The notes under the pieces were generated by a model, which saw nothing but the letters and a program-made list of their open reading frames with translations, was not told where the DNA came from and searched no databases. Source: Podarcis pityusensis (lineage: Eukaryota). From it: DNA of 64,000 nucleotides. Position 1 is the stretch's first letter, and each line of letters starts with the position of its first letter. The position numbers and the translations under genes are program-made. The stretch lies in NCBI GenBank assembly GCA_964106645.2, contig OZ067046.1. One strand, written 5' to 3'. Positions 26,289 through 39,574 of the stretch are shown piece after piece.

Positions 26289-28461
26289 TATAGATATATA
26301 CACCCACCCACCCACCTGCCTTAGCTGGACAGCCATGGTCCATAAAGTGCTGACCTGCCACAATCTCGCTTGGAGCTTGGAATATCACTCCACAAGTAGA
26401 CTGAGCTGCTTCACCAGGCAAAGAAAAGAAAAGAAAAGAAAACCTTTTGCACCCAGCAAGTTGGAATGCCAAGATGCTGCAACCTTCCAACAGCTTGACC
26501 TCGCCCCCAAAGGCACACTCCTCCATTGTCTCCCGAGGCGGACAGATGCCAACAATGACGAAAAAGTGGTCTCATTTTTATTGCTGGATGGAATGAGGAA
26601 TGGCTGCTACTGTGGGAGGTGTCTCTAAAATATGGGAAGTGGCAAAACCTTGGGACCAGCTGAATTACACTCTCTTCCATGGCATTGGGCTCTCAGTGTG
26701 GGGCAGGAGCTGAGGAAGAATTGACCTTAATGGTCTTATAAGCTGAAGGGGGAGATGGCCTTTGGGGCTATGGTATGGAATTGATTTAATTTACTGTATT
26801 ATATTACCATGCTGCTTTTCATTCAGATGAATCCCAAAGCAGCTTATGAACAATAAATAGCAATAACATGATAGAACATCATAAATGCAGCATAAATCAT
26901 ATAGAACATAATAGGTCCCCAAAGCCACAGGTGCCCCCCACTCTGTAATGGGGTTCCTGTTTCTTTATATTATATGACAGGCAGAAATGCTCAAGTTCTC
27001 CCCACTGCTGTGTTGAGCAGATGTGTGCGGCTTCTTTCCTGGCAGTGCAATGGTACCCTGCTCTCTCTCCCCCCCCCCCCAATTCTACTTAGTTAATTTT
27101 AAGAACCATGATGCTTTCAGGTTTACAGTTTCTTTAAGCATACAGTATCATTCAAAGTTCATGTGATATAACAGAAGAATGCTTGAAATTGAAGATGTCT
27201 TTAAAATTCAGATAGCTAAACAGCTTAAAAAGGTACCTTTGTCTGCACAAAACTCCTGAGGCCAAAAGCCATCATATATATCACCTCAAGATTGTTATTA
27301 TCGTTTATATAGTGCAGGCGCTCTGGCAGGCTCTAAGGCAGGAGCCCTGTAGATACTTTGTGACCATGCAGGCTAAGACTGATGGAAATTGTAGTCCCAA
27401 TGCCCCCTGGACAACCAAAGGTTAGCCACTCCTACTGTAGGGGTTTGACAAGTTGCAAAAGAGTAGGGCAATAATATTTGGTGTACATCAATATAGATCT
27501 ATGGGAGACAGAAAGTAGAGGTCCACTGTTGAGCCCCTCAAGCCTATAATTTTGGGTGTGCATTCTAAATTGGCTTCTAAAATTACCAACTATCTGAACT
27601 TGAACCTAAGTTTGTAAACTTGAAAATGTTCTTTATATACTCTTCTCATTGATTTAGCTTTGTATGACCTTGCTTTATCTTGCCCCACCCTACACCAAAA
27701 CAAAAGACTCCTCGGCAATTATTCTCTCATCACTCATACAGCACACCCTGTTTGTCGAGTGAATTAGTCTTCAGGTGTGTCCTTAAAACTTCCAATTTTA
27801 AATGTGAAGTGGTGAGTTGGGAAGAAACTTGAAGACTTGAGGTGCCTTCACAGTATTTAAATTAAAAAGAAAAACCCTGTCCATAGATGTTACAGCCTAA
27901 AAATCCAAAGCTATACATCCTGTACATCCCTTCCTTTATTTTGGGTTCACATGCAAGAGTAAACATGGATAGGACTAGGCTACATGGTTGCAGTAATACA
28001 GACCTTGGGTTTGTCCCATTAAGCTCTTATGGCCTTATGTCTTGGTAAACATGTGTAGACTCATTCTTCAATCCAGAAAATAAATGTTATACTCTCACTG
28101 AAATAAAACACCAAATCTGTGCCCAAATGATGAAATTTTATGATTTGTAAAGCAATGCTACAGCAAACAGTGTTTCCTATATCTGGTACAATGTGATGAA
28201 TAATGTTTATTTCATTATGCAAATATGTATAGATGCAATTTGCACAGGTGGCAGTGAAGCAGTGGAGAAAACTTTTGTGGGGCATGCTAGTATTACCCTA
28301 CACTTTGCCAGATATTAAAGAATGAAAATAGTTTCCTTACTTGTTTACATTCAACAAATAAAATGTTTCAACTACATTTGTTCTGTCAAACATTTCCTGT
28401 TTTCAAATTGGTCCCAAGCACACGAATGCCAGTTTGATCAAAATCAATTTTATGTCCACAG

Positions 28462-28577
28462 CTGCCGGGAAGTCTACTTTTGTGAATATTCTCAAACAAG
28501 CCAGAGAAGATTGGGAAGTTGTTCCAGAACCAGTAGCAAGGTGGTGCAATGTTCAGAATTGCCCTGATGACAAAGAG
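28462..28577 (+). CDS. DCK: DCK coding exon 2
   Basis: ccacag acceptor and gtatga donor; 116 nt; [39 protein letters not shown], completing the P-loop GNIAAGKST. Confidence 0.96.
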
Positions 28578-28958
28578 GTATGAGGAAATATGATTCTGTG
28601 TTTAGGGGCGACGAACATATTTTTTGGAATGCAAAGTGTAAATGGAATTAATAAAAAAAACCACCACCAAATTTCAGTCTAGATCAGTGGGTGTATGATC
28701 TGTATGATCTATATTTTAGACTAGTGATGCATACAAATATTTGCACTGTTCTAGATTGAAAAAGAAGAACTCTGCTTTCATTTGCCCATGACAAAAAAAA
28801 ATTTGCAGAAGTAGAACTGCAAAAATAAATATGGAAATGAAGGTTCTTTATACAAGGTTGCTTTATTTTCGTAACTACACCCATTAGAATTTTTATTTCT
28901 GACTGTAGACAGAATTGCTTCACCCAAATGTTCCTACAATCACCATGTGGGTGTGTGG

Positions 28959-28996
<38 letters not shown>

Positions 28997-30368
28997 TCAG
29001 CAGTTGAAAAACAAAAGGAAATTAAGATCTTTTTTAATGCTAGTGCAGCAGATCTGCTCTCTAGTGGTCAGAGTCATGAATGCCAATGCGTAGCTGTGTT
29101 TCCAGCAAACTATAAATGAACTATTGCAAGGGTTTTTGAGGTATAAATGTATTTTTGATTGGGATTCTTAATTGATTGGGATTGTGGGTTGTGATTTAGT
29201 CTCCTGATCTGAAATAAATGGAGACAGACTTCTCTTTGCTTGGGGCCTTTAAATGTCTGTTATAAGGTTCAGAATTTCTTTTTCCTGCACTGGAATTCAC
29301 AGTGCATGGTCAAAAAAGTAACTGCTTGGAAAAGGTAATTTTAAGTATTAAATGCATGAAATGAATTTTTTGGTAATTATCTTATGCATGTAACATTTGG
29401 TTTTATGAAGGTTACCAAGCATACAGTCCTCATCTTATCCAAGTTAGAGCATTTCTGTTTCTAGTGGAAAATGTCATGACATAAATAGGTAAAACATTAC
29501 CTTCATATGGGGGTAGGAAGAATACTATTTCTAAGTATCAAGATTGGGTTGTATGCTTTCGTATGTTATAGGAGCATGCCGCCAACTGCTTTTGGACATC
29601 AGTAGCAGCTGTTACTGAATTGTCTCCCTCAACAGATGGTATAAGCACGGCCAGCTTGATTTTTAATGTAACTGTCTCATGGCAGGAATAAAAAGTGTCC
29701 TCAATATTAAATAATAATAAACTTTTATTTATATCCCGCCCTCCCCGGCCAAAGTCGGGCTCAGGGTGGCTAACATCAGATATATAACATTAGTATAAAA
29801 TCAAACAGTAATTAAATCACCTCCTAAAAACAGGTCAAAATCAAATTAAATCAAGAGTTTGATATTCTCTTCCACTTGCTCTCATGAAAACTCTTGGAGG
29901 CCTCCTGAGGCAGAAAGTGCTTTCTTTGAGCGAAATCCCTGGACTTTATTTTATTTTGTTTGGTTGAAACCTTCAGTGACTTGTCAACGTTTATTACCAG
30001 ATGCTTGATTTTTAGCCAGTGTATCTCACTTTTACTTCTCTTCCTACTGTTTGTGAGTTTAATTTTGGGGCAGACCCTCTTCCATCTTCCCTGGGGCTCC
30101 TTAAGAAAGACCAGTGTCTCCTGATGGGGGGCAGTAAGTGCTGGAGTTCAAGCCAAGGGAGCACACATGCCAATGGCTCCTGACAGAACCAACAATGGCC
30201 TGAGAGAAGTGTTGGCGCAGCCTCTTCCCATCCTTCACTGGAGCTCTGTTTGAGAACTGAGGGAGAACAGGCCAGGGAGCTTGTGCCGTCAACTCCCAAT
30301 CAGCCTGATTGAATTCTCTCACTGTTTTTGTTGATCATTTTTAGATATTTCTTGTTAACCACTTAGAC

Positions 30369-30504
30369 CAGGCATAGGCAACCTTTGGCCCTGCAGATGT
30401 TTTGTCCTACAACTCCCATGATCCCTTGCTAACAGGACCAGTGGTCAGGGATGATGGGAATTGTAGTCCAAAACATCTGGAGGGCCAAAGGTTGCCTATG
30501 CCTC
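30369..30504. mobile_element. hAT-type MITE
   Basis: TIRs; exact 8-bp TSD acttagac at 30361-30368 and 30505-30512; related to 2272-2407. Confidence 0.88.
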
Positions 30505-30627
30505 ACTTAGACATTTTATTCCTACCAGGCTGTATATAAATTTTGTTGAATAAATAAAAGAAAGAACAACTTGTTCCTAGGAAAATACTTTCCGTAGTAG
30601 TTGTTTGCACTCAATGAGTGGGGAGAG

Positions 30628-31090
30628 TGTGTCATGGAAATCTACTCAGTAGCGATCCAGAGCAGAACTCCAATGTATCGTTAGCAGAGTAAAAACTTAA
30701 ACACGCTGCAGAATTTCCCAAAAATAGACCAGAGGCAACTGTATTTCATCTAGCAGAGCTTTATGGCTACTGAAGGCAAATGAGCATAATGGTTACAAAT
30801 CCAATACATTCAGAATTGGTACTGTACATGAGAAATCCAGTTGCAGCCGACTTAACTTGAACTTACAATAACTTATAATAAGTCTAAACCTTAACACTAA
30901 GCATACTGTGTACAGAATACCACAACGGAAGGAAAAGAGATAGAAAGAGGAAGTGAAGCCCAGGCTCCTTCTGGCCTTATTTTATAGTCAGCTTGACAGA
31001 AGAGATAAGAGAACCCATTTAAGCCAGCTGTACTCAGCTTCTCTGAAGGAATAGTCCAAACATCATGAACCTTCTTGTTTCTTTCACACA
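30628..31090 (-). mobile_element. Possible solo LTR in DCK intron 2
   Basis: TG...CA ends (tgtgtca/tcacaca), near-TSD gagag/gagaa, TATA-like motif on the minus strand. Confidence 0.45.
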
Positions 31091-31500
31091 GAGAAGCTTC
31101 CAGATCCAGAGCCCTCTTGAATTAAGTAGACTAGGAAGTAGACACATCAGATCAATACTTTCTGCACTAAGAAATGCAAACTGTCAGAGTGTTCTTGCTT
31201 TGGCTTCAGATAATGTTGGACTCCCAATACTCATCTGCGCCAGGTAGCTTAGCCACTGTCAGGTGGGAGGTGTAGCCTGTGGGCAAATGCTCAAAATGAT
31301 CAGGTGTTGTGGTGGGGAGCCGGCTAGTTTGCTTGCAAACTAGGAAATCAATAGGTGAATTGGGACACGCAAAAGAAGATAGAGTAGGTCCCAAGGTTTG
31401 TTCATGTAACACCATATTCTGGTTTGGTGTTTCAGGTGATTGAATGCAAAGTTATGAAGGTTCTATAAATCACTGTTTGGCCACAAATCTTTAGTCTATA

Positions 31501-31753
31501 CAGTTGTACCTTGTTTTGTGACCGGGATCTGTTCTGGAGCCCCAGCTGCTAGCCGAAAAGGACGCAGGGCAAAGTGTCGCGTCTGCACACGCGTGTGGAG
31601 CGGTTTGCGCTTCTGCGCACAGCGCGATTTAGCACTTCTGCGCATGCACAAATGGCAAACCCGGAAGTAACCTGTTCCGGTACTTCCGGGTTTGCCGCGG
31701 ATGTTCGCTTAAGCAGACGCTGGGCGAGGCGGACGTTCGCGGAGGTATTACTG
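31501..31753. mobile_element. Tc1/mariner-type MITE
   Basis: TA-cagttgtacct...aggtattactg-TA; internal palindrome aaacccggaagta/tacttccgggttt shared with 44159-44404. Confidence 0.75.
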
Positions 31754-32001
31754 TACCTGACATTGCTGGGTTTTTTTCACAGAAGAAACTGACAGTGACA
31801 TGGCTGCCTTTCTGGCAGAAGTTATTCCACTAATACATATCAGTTAGTTGGCGAACTTTAAAATGCAGCTGAGAAGGTAAAGCTGAATGAAGTTAGGACA
31901 TTCTGTTAGAACTTGGTGACCTTGGAATATTTTAACAGCAGCTTTTTTATTTAAAAAAATGCTACCTTTTTAAAAAGTCACGTTATTTGTATTTTAAACA
32001 G

Positions 32002-32195
32002 GAGCTTACTTCCTCTCAAAAGAGTGGTGGCAACTTGCTTGAGATGATGTATGAGAAGCCAGAGAGATGGTCCTTCACTTTCCAGACTTACGCTTGCCTG
32101 AGCAGAATCCGGGCTCAACTTAAATCTTTTGAAAGGAAACTCAAAGAAGCTGAGAACCCCGTCGTATTCTTTGAGAGATCTGTTTACAGTGACAG
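32002..32195 (+). CDS. DCK: DCK coding exon 3
   Basis: aaacag acceptor and gtttgt donor; 194 nt; [40 protein letters not shown]...[10 protein letters not shown] (ERS motif). Confidence 0.97.
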
Positions 32196-32346
32196 GTTTG
32201 TATGTGTTTCTTGCTAATTCTTGCAGTTCCTTTCTTTTATGTGTTGCTCCTAATGGCCGTTTCAGTTTGTAAGACAAAAGCTTTCCTCCTCTGGATTGTT
32301 AGAACGATGTTCTCGACGCTGGAATGAAACAGAGGAAAGATGTATA

Positions 32347-32591
32347 GAGTCGTACCTTGGAAGTCGAACGGAATCCATTCCGGAAGTCCGTTCGGCTTCC
32401 AAAACGTTCAGAAACCAAAGCACGGCTTCTGATTGGCTGCAGGAAGCTCCTGCTGCCAATCGGAAGCAGCAGAAGCCATGTTGGATGTTTGGCTTCCAAA
32501 AGAACGTTCGAAAAACAGAACAGTCACTCCCAGGTTTGCTGGGAGCCAAAACATCTGAGTACCAAGGCGTTCGGGAGCCAAGGTATGACTA
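32347..32591. mobile_element. Tc1/mariner-type MITE
   Basis: Degenerate TIRs gagtcgtaccttgg/ccaaggtatgacta with TA flanks. Confidence 0.65.
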
Positions 32592-32967
32592 TATATGAAA
32601 AAGTGGCATGGAGGGAGAGAAGCAGATGTTGTTAGCTGCTGCGTTGATCGCAATCTCTGTATTGGTTTCTGCCATGCTGTTCTTTCACTTTGCAGAAAGC
32701 AGTATATGAGGATACCTCTGGAGCGCCATATACGTTAAGCTGCTCCACTGGAACTTCCAAGCAGCTGCTGGGAGGCTGGCTCTATGTAGCCAAAAAGCAA
32801 CAAATGGTTGATCAGCTGGCTAAATTTTGGAGGTGTGATTGATTTTCCAGGAATTACAGTTGCAGTGTTAACAGTCCCTGAATACCTAGTTCTTGAAATT
32901 GCAGACCCCTAGAAAAAAATACCTGTGTTCAAACTGAATCTAGAGGGGTTTGGGGGCTTATAAGAGA

Positions 32968-33222
32968 AAGAAGAAGAAGAAGAAGAGTTTGGATTTGATA
33001 TCCCGCTTTATCACTACCCTAAGGAGTCTCAAAGCGGCTCACATTCTCCTTTCGCTTCCTCCCCCACAACAAACACTCTGTGAGGTGAGTGGGGCTGAGA
33101 GACTTCAGAGAAGTGTGACTGGCCCAAGGTCACCCAGCAGCTGCATGTGGAGGAGCGGAGACTCAAACCCGGTTCCCCAGATTGCAAGACTACCGCTCTT
33201 AACCACTACACCACACTGGCTC
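32968..33222 (-). mobile_element. tRNA/CORE-type SINE (Squam3-like), young
   Basis: Minus strand starts gagccagtgtggtgtagtggttaagagc, has a B-box-like motif and a (CTT)n tail. Confidence 0.8.
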
Positions 33223-33801
33223 TCAGTATTATAATGCTCCTGTGTAAAATGTAATGCAAGATAAATCCGTCATTTGCCTTTAAAAACAGAAGGCCTTCCC
33301 AAAGAGATGGCCACCATCTTGGTATTGAGCAAGCTGCCCCATCATCATTGGGCATATCGTTGCCCCTCCTCCCCAGTTTGCTCAAGGAGATCCATACACA
33401 GACCATTCAAGAAGTTGTCAGGGGAATGGAGTGTTTGCAAGTTGATAAACAAGGCTTGGAGAGAGCCCCACGGTTTCTTCCTTTGTAGGCTCTCCTCCCT
33501 TTGGGGAAATGTGTTAACCCAAAGATGTACAGGTTGCCTAGAAGATACTCAGACTGTGGCAAGTGCCCAGAGAAAGGGCATTCCGTACTGGTGGGGCATC
33601 CGCCAAAACACATCATTGTTCACTCACCTCTGTTATTCATTGAATCCACTCTTCTACATAAAAAGCATTCAGCGCTTTACAGTTTCATCCCTAGTCATTA
33701 GTTACCTATCATCACTCGCCTTCCCTTTAGCAAATATTCTTTCATCATTTCTTAGAAAGGTTAGAAAATGACACTGAGCTTGATTGCCTCCTTTTGTGTA
33801 G

Positions 33802-33949
33802 GTACATTTTTGCATCTAATTTATATGAGACGGACTGCATGAATGAAACCGAGTGGACTATTTACCAAGACTGGCATAACTGGATGAACCAGCAGTTTGG
33901 CTCAAGTCTTCGGCTGGATGGCATTATTTATCTCCGAGCTACCCCTGAG
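33802..33949 (+). CDS. DCK: DCK coding exon 4
   Basis: gtgtag acceptor and gtaaga donor; 148 nt; [49 protein letters not shown]. Confidence 0.97.
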
Positions 33950-34494
33950 GTAAGAAATGAAGTTTGTGGGCCTGTCTGACAACAGAGCCTGTGGGCCCTC
34001 ACCTCTGTCAGTCAACCTAAATCTTATTGAAAAGGCAGTGTTTGTGTGTGAGAAAGAACACACTGGGCTGCATCTTAACAAGTTCAGGTGCTGTTATTAC
34101 ATGGTTTACATTGTGCCTTGTGTACAGGTGGGTGTAGGATTGCAAGTTAAGGGCGAATGACAATACAAAGAGTTCTGTGGCGCCATAAAGACTTCCCACA
34201 GCACAAGTTTCTGTAGGTCTGTGTTAGCTGGTGTGCTATTTTGTTTTGCTTTGCAAAAATGCATGCTGAAAAATACATACAGTAAATGAGGAGTCTTTAA
34301 GGTGCCAGGTTGACATTTTCTGCAACACATATGTATTTTATATACCATTTCATACATTAAAGTCTCTAAGCAGTTTATAAAAGAATCCTCAGCCTTAACA
34401 TGTTTTCCCTTTAAGGTTAGTGTAGCTGTGCCTTTTCCCCTTTAAGATGATTATTATTACTGCTTCATTCCAGTTGTGACTTCTTTATTTTTAG

Positions 34495-34610
34495 AAATGC
34501 TTGAATAGGATTTATGTGCGTGGGAGGGATGAAGAACAAGGCATTCCTATGGAATATCTGGAAAAACTTCATTACAAACATGAAAGCTGGCTCCAGCACA
34601 GAACGTTGCG
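34495..34610 (+). CDS. DCK: DCK coding exon 5
   Basis: tttttag acceptor and gtaaat donor; 116 nt; [39 protein letters not shown] (LID motif RxxxRGRxEE). Confidence 0.97.
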
Positions 34611-34967
34611 GTAAATATTAAATAGATTACGAATTTAAACCAGCGGATAAGATAGTTGCCATTGCTGAAAACTATAGATATCTTACCTAACTTTAGAAAC
34701 TTTGCTGTGTATATTTGAGACCCTAATTTATAAGACGGTAAAGAATTCTCAGCCTGGGCAGCTCCCACGATTGGAAATGCAACAGCAAAGGCTTCAATCC
34801 TGTGCACACTTTCCCAGAAGTAAGATCCATTGCCAGGACTTACTTCGGAGAAACACGCATAGGGTTGTGCTGCAAACTTCAAGAAACAGACGTATTTTTG
34901 TAATTAACTTCCTTTGCCCTCTTCATGTCTTCAGTTTCCCAATTCAGATGTCCTGTTTTCTTTACAG

Positions 34968-35067
34968 AACAGATTTTGAATACCTGCAAGATGTACCTGT
35001 TCTAACACTGGACGTAAATGAAGACTTCAAAGGCAACAAAGAAAGGCATGAAGATATGATTGAAAAG
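34968..35067 (+). CDS. DCK: DCK coding exon 6
   Basis: tttacag acceptor and gtaaaa donor; 100 nt; TDFEYLQDVPVLTLDVNEDFKGNKERHEDMIEK. Confidence 0.96.
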
Positions 35068-35999
35068 GTAAAAGCCGCCAGAAAGTATTTAACATCTCCC
35101 TTCTTGGATGACCACACTTAACTATTTTTTAAAGCCCTGGTGGTTTAATATGTTGATGGTGGACAATGAAAGTCCACACATACAAAGGGGGGCATATGTG
35201 GAGTGGTCCCCGCCCATCAGAGTAAATGCAGAAGGCCTTGCAAATACAGGAATTTTCTCGGTTCATTGGAGTCTTCATGCCCACCCTGTAGCAAATAGTT
35301 TTCAGATATGTTTTCCGTATAGTCCTCTTTTTTCTCTCCTTTGCACTACAAGCAGTAGTTGACCTTTTAATTTTGGTTAGCTCTCTGAGACAGAGCTTTC
35401 CAAACTTTTCATGTTGGTGACACACTATTTAGACATGCATCATTTCATGTCACAGTAATTCAGTTTTACTAGCAAGCCAGAGGTTAAACTAATCCCTTTC
35501 CAGCCGCAGGAGGAGTGCAGGGAGCATTTGCATGACACACCTACACACTGCAGCCAACACACAATTTGCAAAGCTCTGCTCTTGAGATATCGTTGCGTTT
35601 TCATAGTCATATAAGTGCACAATCTGCTTCCACGTTTCTGAAAGCCTGAAGGAAGTTCCGTTGTTTCCCTGGTCACTGTTGTACAAAGTTTTTGGCCACA
35701 TTCACACATGAGCTAAACTGTGGTTTGTTTAAGTCCTTTATGGTGGTTTATTTAGGAAGACTTGAATAATCCTGCTCTCATCATCATATTGATGCAAAAT
35801 AGATTGAAAGAGTGATTCCTTTCTCTCCACCCCCAACTGCTCCACACCCACATTTGCTACCCGAGGAACACTGGTCTGTAGTAAGGACTTGAACGGTTCT
35901 GCTTCCTTACAGAAAGTTGTATTTTTCTCCAAAGCGTTCTCAAGAAATAGAGACCTGATTTTGTTTTGGTGATTGAAGAAAGTTTAAACTTTCTTAATT

Positions 36000-36314
36000 C
36001 ATAGAATTCATAGAATAGAATTCATAGAATTCATAGAATCATAGAGTTGGAAGAGACCACAAGGGCCATCGAGTCCAACCCCCTGCCAAGCAGGAAACAC
36101 CATCAGAGCACTCCTGACATATGGTTGTCAAGCCTCTGCTTAAAGACCTCCAAAGAAGGAGACTCCACCACACTCCTTGGCAGCAAATTCCACTGTCGAA
36201 CAGCTCTTACTGTCAGGAAGTTCTTCCTAATGTTTAGGTGGAATCTTCTTTCTTGTAGTTTGGATCCATTGCTCCGTGTCCGCTTCTCTGGAGCGGCAGA
36301 AAACAACCTTTCTC
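36000..36314 (-). mobile_element. CR1 LINE 3' fragment in DCK intron 6
   Basis: Near-identical to 48407-48699; (ATTCTATG)n tail. Confidence 0.93.
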
Positions 36315-37023
36315 TAATTGGCCAGTCATTTTAGTGATGATTTTGAATTCTTTTTATGGAGTTCTGTGTTTTATTGTATATGTTGTTACATACACACTGC
36401 ATTGATATATGAATAGGAAGTATATAAATATGTTAAGTAATAAATAAATCCACAGCAGCTGCAAACACTCAGCCCTCTTCGTAAGTCTACGGGTGCAATC
36501 ACAAGGCCCTTCTCCCCTCTCTTGCTCACTTTTTGGAACATTACTATGAACTATGTTAGTGCGGATTTTGTGCCATCTTTGGAAAAGTGATCAGAAACTT
36601 CACTAACGTTACTTTGTATGCCGCCATGCAGTGCTTGTTTTTAATCTGAGATGGTTGTGGTATTTATTAATGTTGGCTTTCTTTAGTAGTTCTGGCCACT
36701 GTTCACATTGTTTTCACTCGCCTGGGAGAACTTGGTGCTTCAGGGCTTCTGAAGCTAAGCCAGTATGAATCTGTTCAGTCCCTTAAGTGAGAAGCTACTG
36801 GCAGCCCCTAAGAGATGGGTGGAGGTGGGGGTGATTATTTGAGGTAAAAACCAAACCCTGAATCCTTTTAGGAGCTTTTTAAATTTAAAAATGTGTTACT
36901 CTTGTGGCAAGTTAGTTATTCTGTGATATGAAAGAGACGTTTCCCAGAACCTAGCAACCAGTGCTTTTTTTTTTCTATCTTGGTCACTAATTTTTGATAA
37001 ATTCTGTGCTTTTGTCTTTTCAG

Positions 37024-37050
37024 GTCAAAGAATTTCTGAGCACTTTGTAG
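37024..37050 (+). CDS. DCK: DCK last coding exon
   Basis: Polypyrimidine tract plus cag; VKEFLSTL then TAG; spliced CDS is 771 nt, 256 aa. Confidence 0.96.
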   Translation, partial: VKEFLSTL

Positions 37051-38317
37051 CCATTCCCGAAACCACACCGAACTTGAGCATTCCTGGCATTCATATTGCT
37101 TAGTTTGCGTTGCCAATTCTGTTTTTGCTTAAGGTGTCCAAGGGCAGAGTCCAGCTTTCGTTGCATTGTTGAACCTTTGCAGTGGACTGGGTTTTTATAG
37201 CACTTATATTGTATTTGGCTTTCTTAGGTGAAGTGTTTGGAAAGACCCATCCCTAATATTACAAATCAGAGTTCAGGGAGTCCTGCGAAATACATTCTGC
37301 TTGCGACATAAACGAAATAGGCGGAACCGTTTACTTTTCTGGAACTGAATTCGGGAAACCTGTGTGAGAACGTGGGACCTCTTTGTACACACCCACAAGT
37401 TGATTGGGATATTCATAAAGTTCCAAGAGCAGTGGGATCATACTAAAGGGATGCTGTTTCTGCTCACCTAGATTTTGTATGCATGTGTGGTTAGGAAGGG
37501 GGGCATAGGGTCTGCATTTTGTCCAAAGCAGTCTGCGTGTGTAAGGGGTGATGATTTTTTTTAAAAAAAGCCATATGCAAACCAGCCAAAAGCAACAGCA
37601 TTGTAGTCAGGTGTGTGTTTGTCTAGAAATTAAGGCAGTTCTTAAAGGCAATCCCTGGCCCCCGCTGCTGTTTTCCAAGATAACTGCTTTTGCCTGCTTC
37701 TGTAGAGAGGCACAGCAATCCAACCAGGTCAGGGACGGGGAGAGAATCACTGAACTGAAAACTTAGCCGGATCCTGCAACCTCTTCTTTACTTAAAGCCA
37801 AGGTGCTACATACAGAAAACTAGAGGCAAGAACATGCCCAGTAGGATTCCTCCCCTCCACAAATGTTTTAAATGAATTATTTCCTATGGCAGGATGGGGC
37901 CATTTAATGACTCCTTGCTTTGTTCCTGAATTGCCCCTAAATGTGGTTTGTTTTAAACATTCCCTTTCCCATTGGGGCTGTTTGAGGGGAGGGAGGATGG
38001 GTGGGCATGTATACATACAAATCTCATACGCACTGATAATGGGAGTGTGATGTTTTATGAATTTTGCATCCCTTTGGATTGACAGAAAGGGAACCTCTGG
38101 AATAACCATGGCTTGAATTTTTATTCTTAAAACTGATTTTTTTAAAATATTAAAAGTTATGATCAAACCAATTGTGTAACCCACTTGAAATATATATTTA
38201 TTTTAATGCAATGTATTACTGTCTGGATGTAGTTGGCCTCAAGGTCATTTTAGCATCTGAAGATTCTACGGTGTTAGTGCTGTGATCTGTGTGATCATGT
38301 TGGAAACTTTTGGCTGA

Positions 38318-38323
38318 AATAAA
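38318..38323 (+). terminator. Candidate DCK polyadenylation signal (3'UTR about 1.3 kb)
   Basis: AATAAA at the end of an AT-rich stretch following the stop codon. Confidence 0.5.
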
Positions 38324-39156
38324 TATAGAAGCGTCTTCAGTTCTGCGCCACTTAAGTCATTTGTCACAATTCTTCGCATGTTTCTAGCCTGGATTTGATT
38401 CTCATTTCCCCTTTATCTCTAAACTGCAAGCCTTACCCCCACCCCCAGATATTTGAAATAAGTGGGATAACCTACATTCTTCGCTCCACATACATTCTGT
38501 GTTTAGACCTCAGCACAGTCCGTTTGGGCACAGTCCAGCGTAGAGTGAAGGGGGCTAGGACCAGATCAGCAGTTTTCGTTTCTGTCCGTCTCTCCGCTTA
38601 TACATGCATCGCAGCTGCTCTATGCATAAATAGCCAGAGGTCTCCAGCAACAGTCTCTCTTCCTCCCACTCTCATGCCCCATAAACATTCTTTGCATTCA
38701 CTGCAGCAGTTTAAAACCAACTTTACAAGCAGCAGACTTTGTCCTCTTTAAAAGCACAGCCTATCCGTTGCATGTGGATTATTTAACTAGACCTGGGTCA
38801 AGAATTGTCAACCAAATAGTTTTTGAGAGCTGGTCAGTTTGTGCTTCAGTGTCTATTGCGAAGCCAGAAACTTTGAGCTCATTGAAGAAGAGGCTACAGC
38901 CCCCCCAAATAGATCCACTAGGGCCCCCTCAGATTCAGAAATTGAACTGGGGTGGTGGTGGTGTTCATTTCCTTTCAGAGCTCCTCAGATTTCTGAGAGT
39001 TCACAAGGCATTGGCTAGAAGCATAGATCTGCAACCATTGCTCTTATCGTTTTAAAATGGAATCTGAAATTTTACAGTCCCAAATTCTCTTGTGTTCCTT
39101 CCTGCTTTTTGCAAAATCATTTCCTCCTGGAGCAGCTGTGGAGAACCTGTGATGCT

Positions 39157-39393
39157 CAGGGGTCAGCAAACTTTTTCAGCAGGGGACCGGTCCACTGTCC
39201 TTTAGACCTTGTGGCGGGCCAGACTATATCTTGAAGGGAAAAAATGAACGAATTCCTATGACCCACAAATAATCCAGAGATGCGTTTTAAATGACACATT
39301 CTACTCATGTAAAAACACTGATTTCTGGATCGTCCATGGCTGAATTTAGAAGGCGATTGGACCAGATCCAGGCCTTAGTTTGCCTACCCATGC
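39157..39393 (+). mobile_element. hAT-type MITE, same family as 59936-60175
   Basis: caggggtcagcaaac...ttagtttgcctacccatg termini. Confidence 0.75.
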
Positions 39394-39574
39394 TCCAGAG
39401 GCTGGTGAATTCCAGCTCCCATCAGCCACAACCAGCATGACCAAGGGTCACATGACAGGAGTAGTAGTCAGCAACTGCCCGGGAAGCTGCCTGCTCTCGA
39501 TGGAGTTACAGGATCAGGTATGTAGCTTGGAGGGTATTTCTGGAGTGGCTTCAGGTGGCTTCCGATCAACTTTG

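Noticed and set aside
34702-35121. Alternative DCK C-terminus by read-through of exon 6 (KVKAARKYL...)
   Set aside because: The VK match to exon 7 is a by-product of the gtaaaa donor; a canonical exon 7 exists and there is no other support
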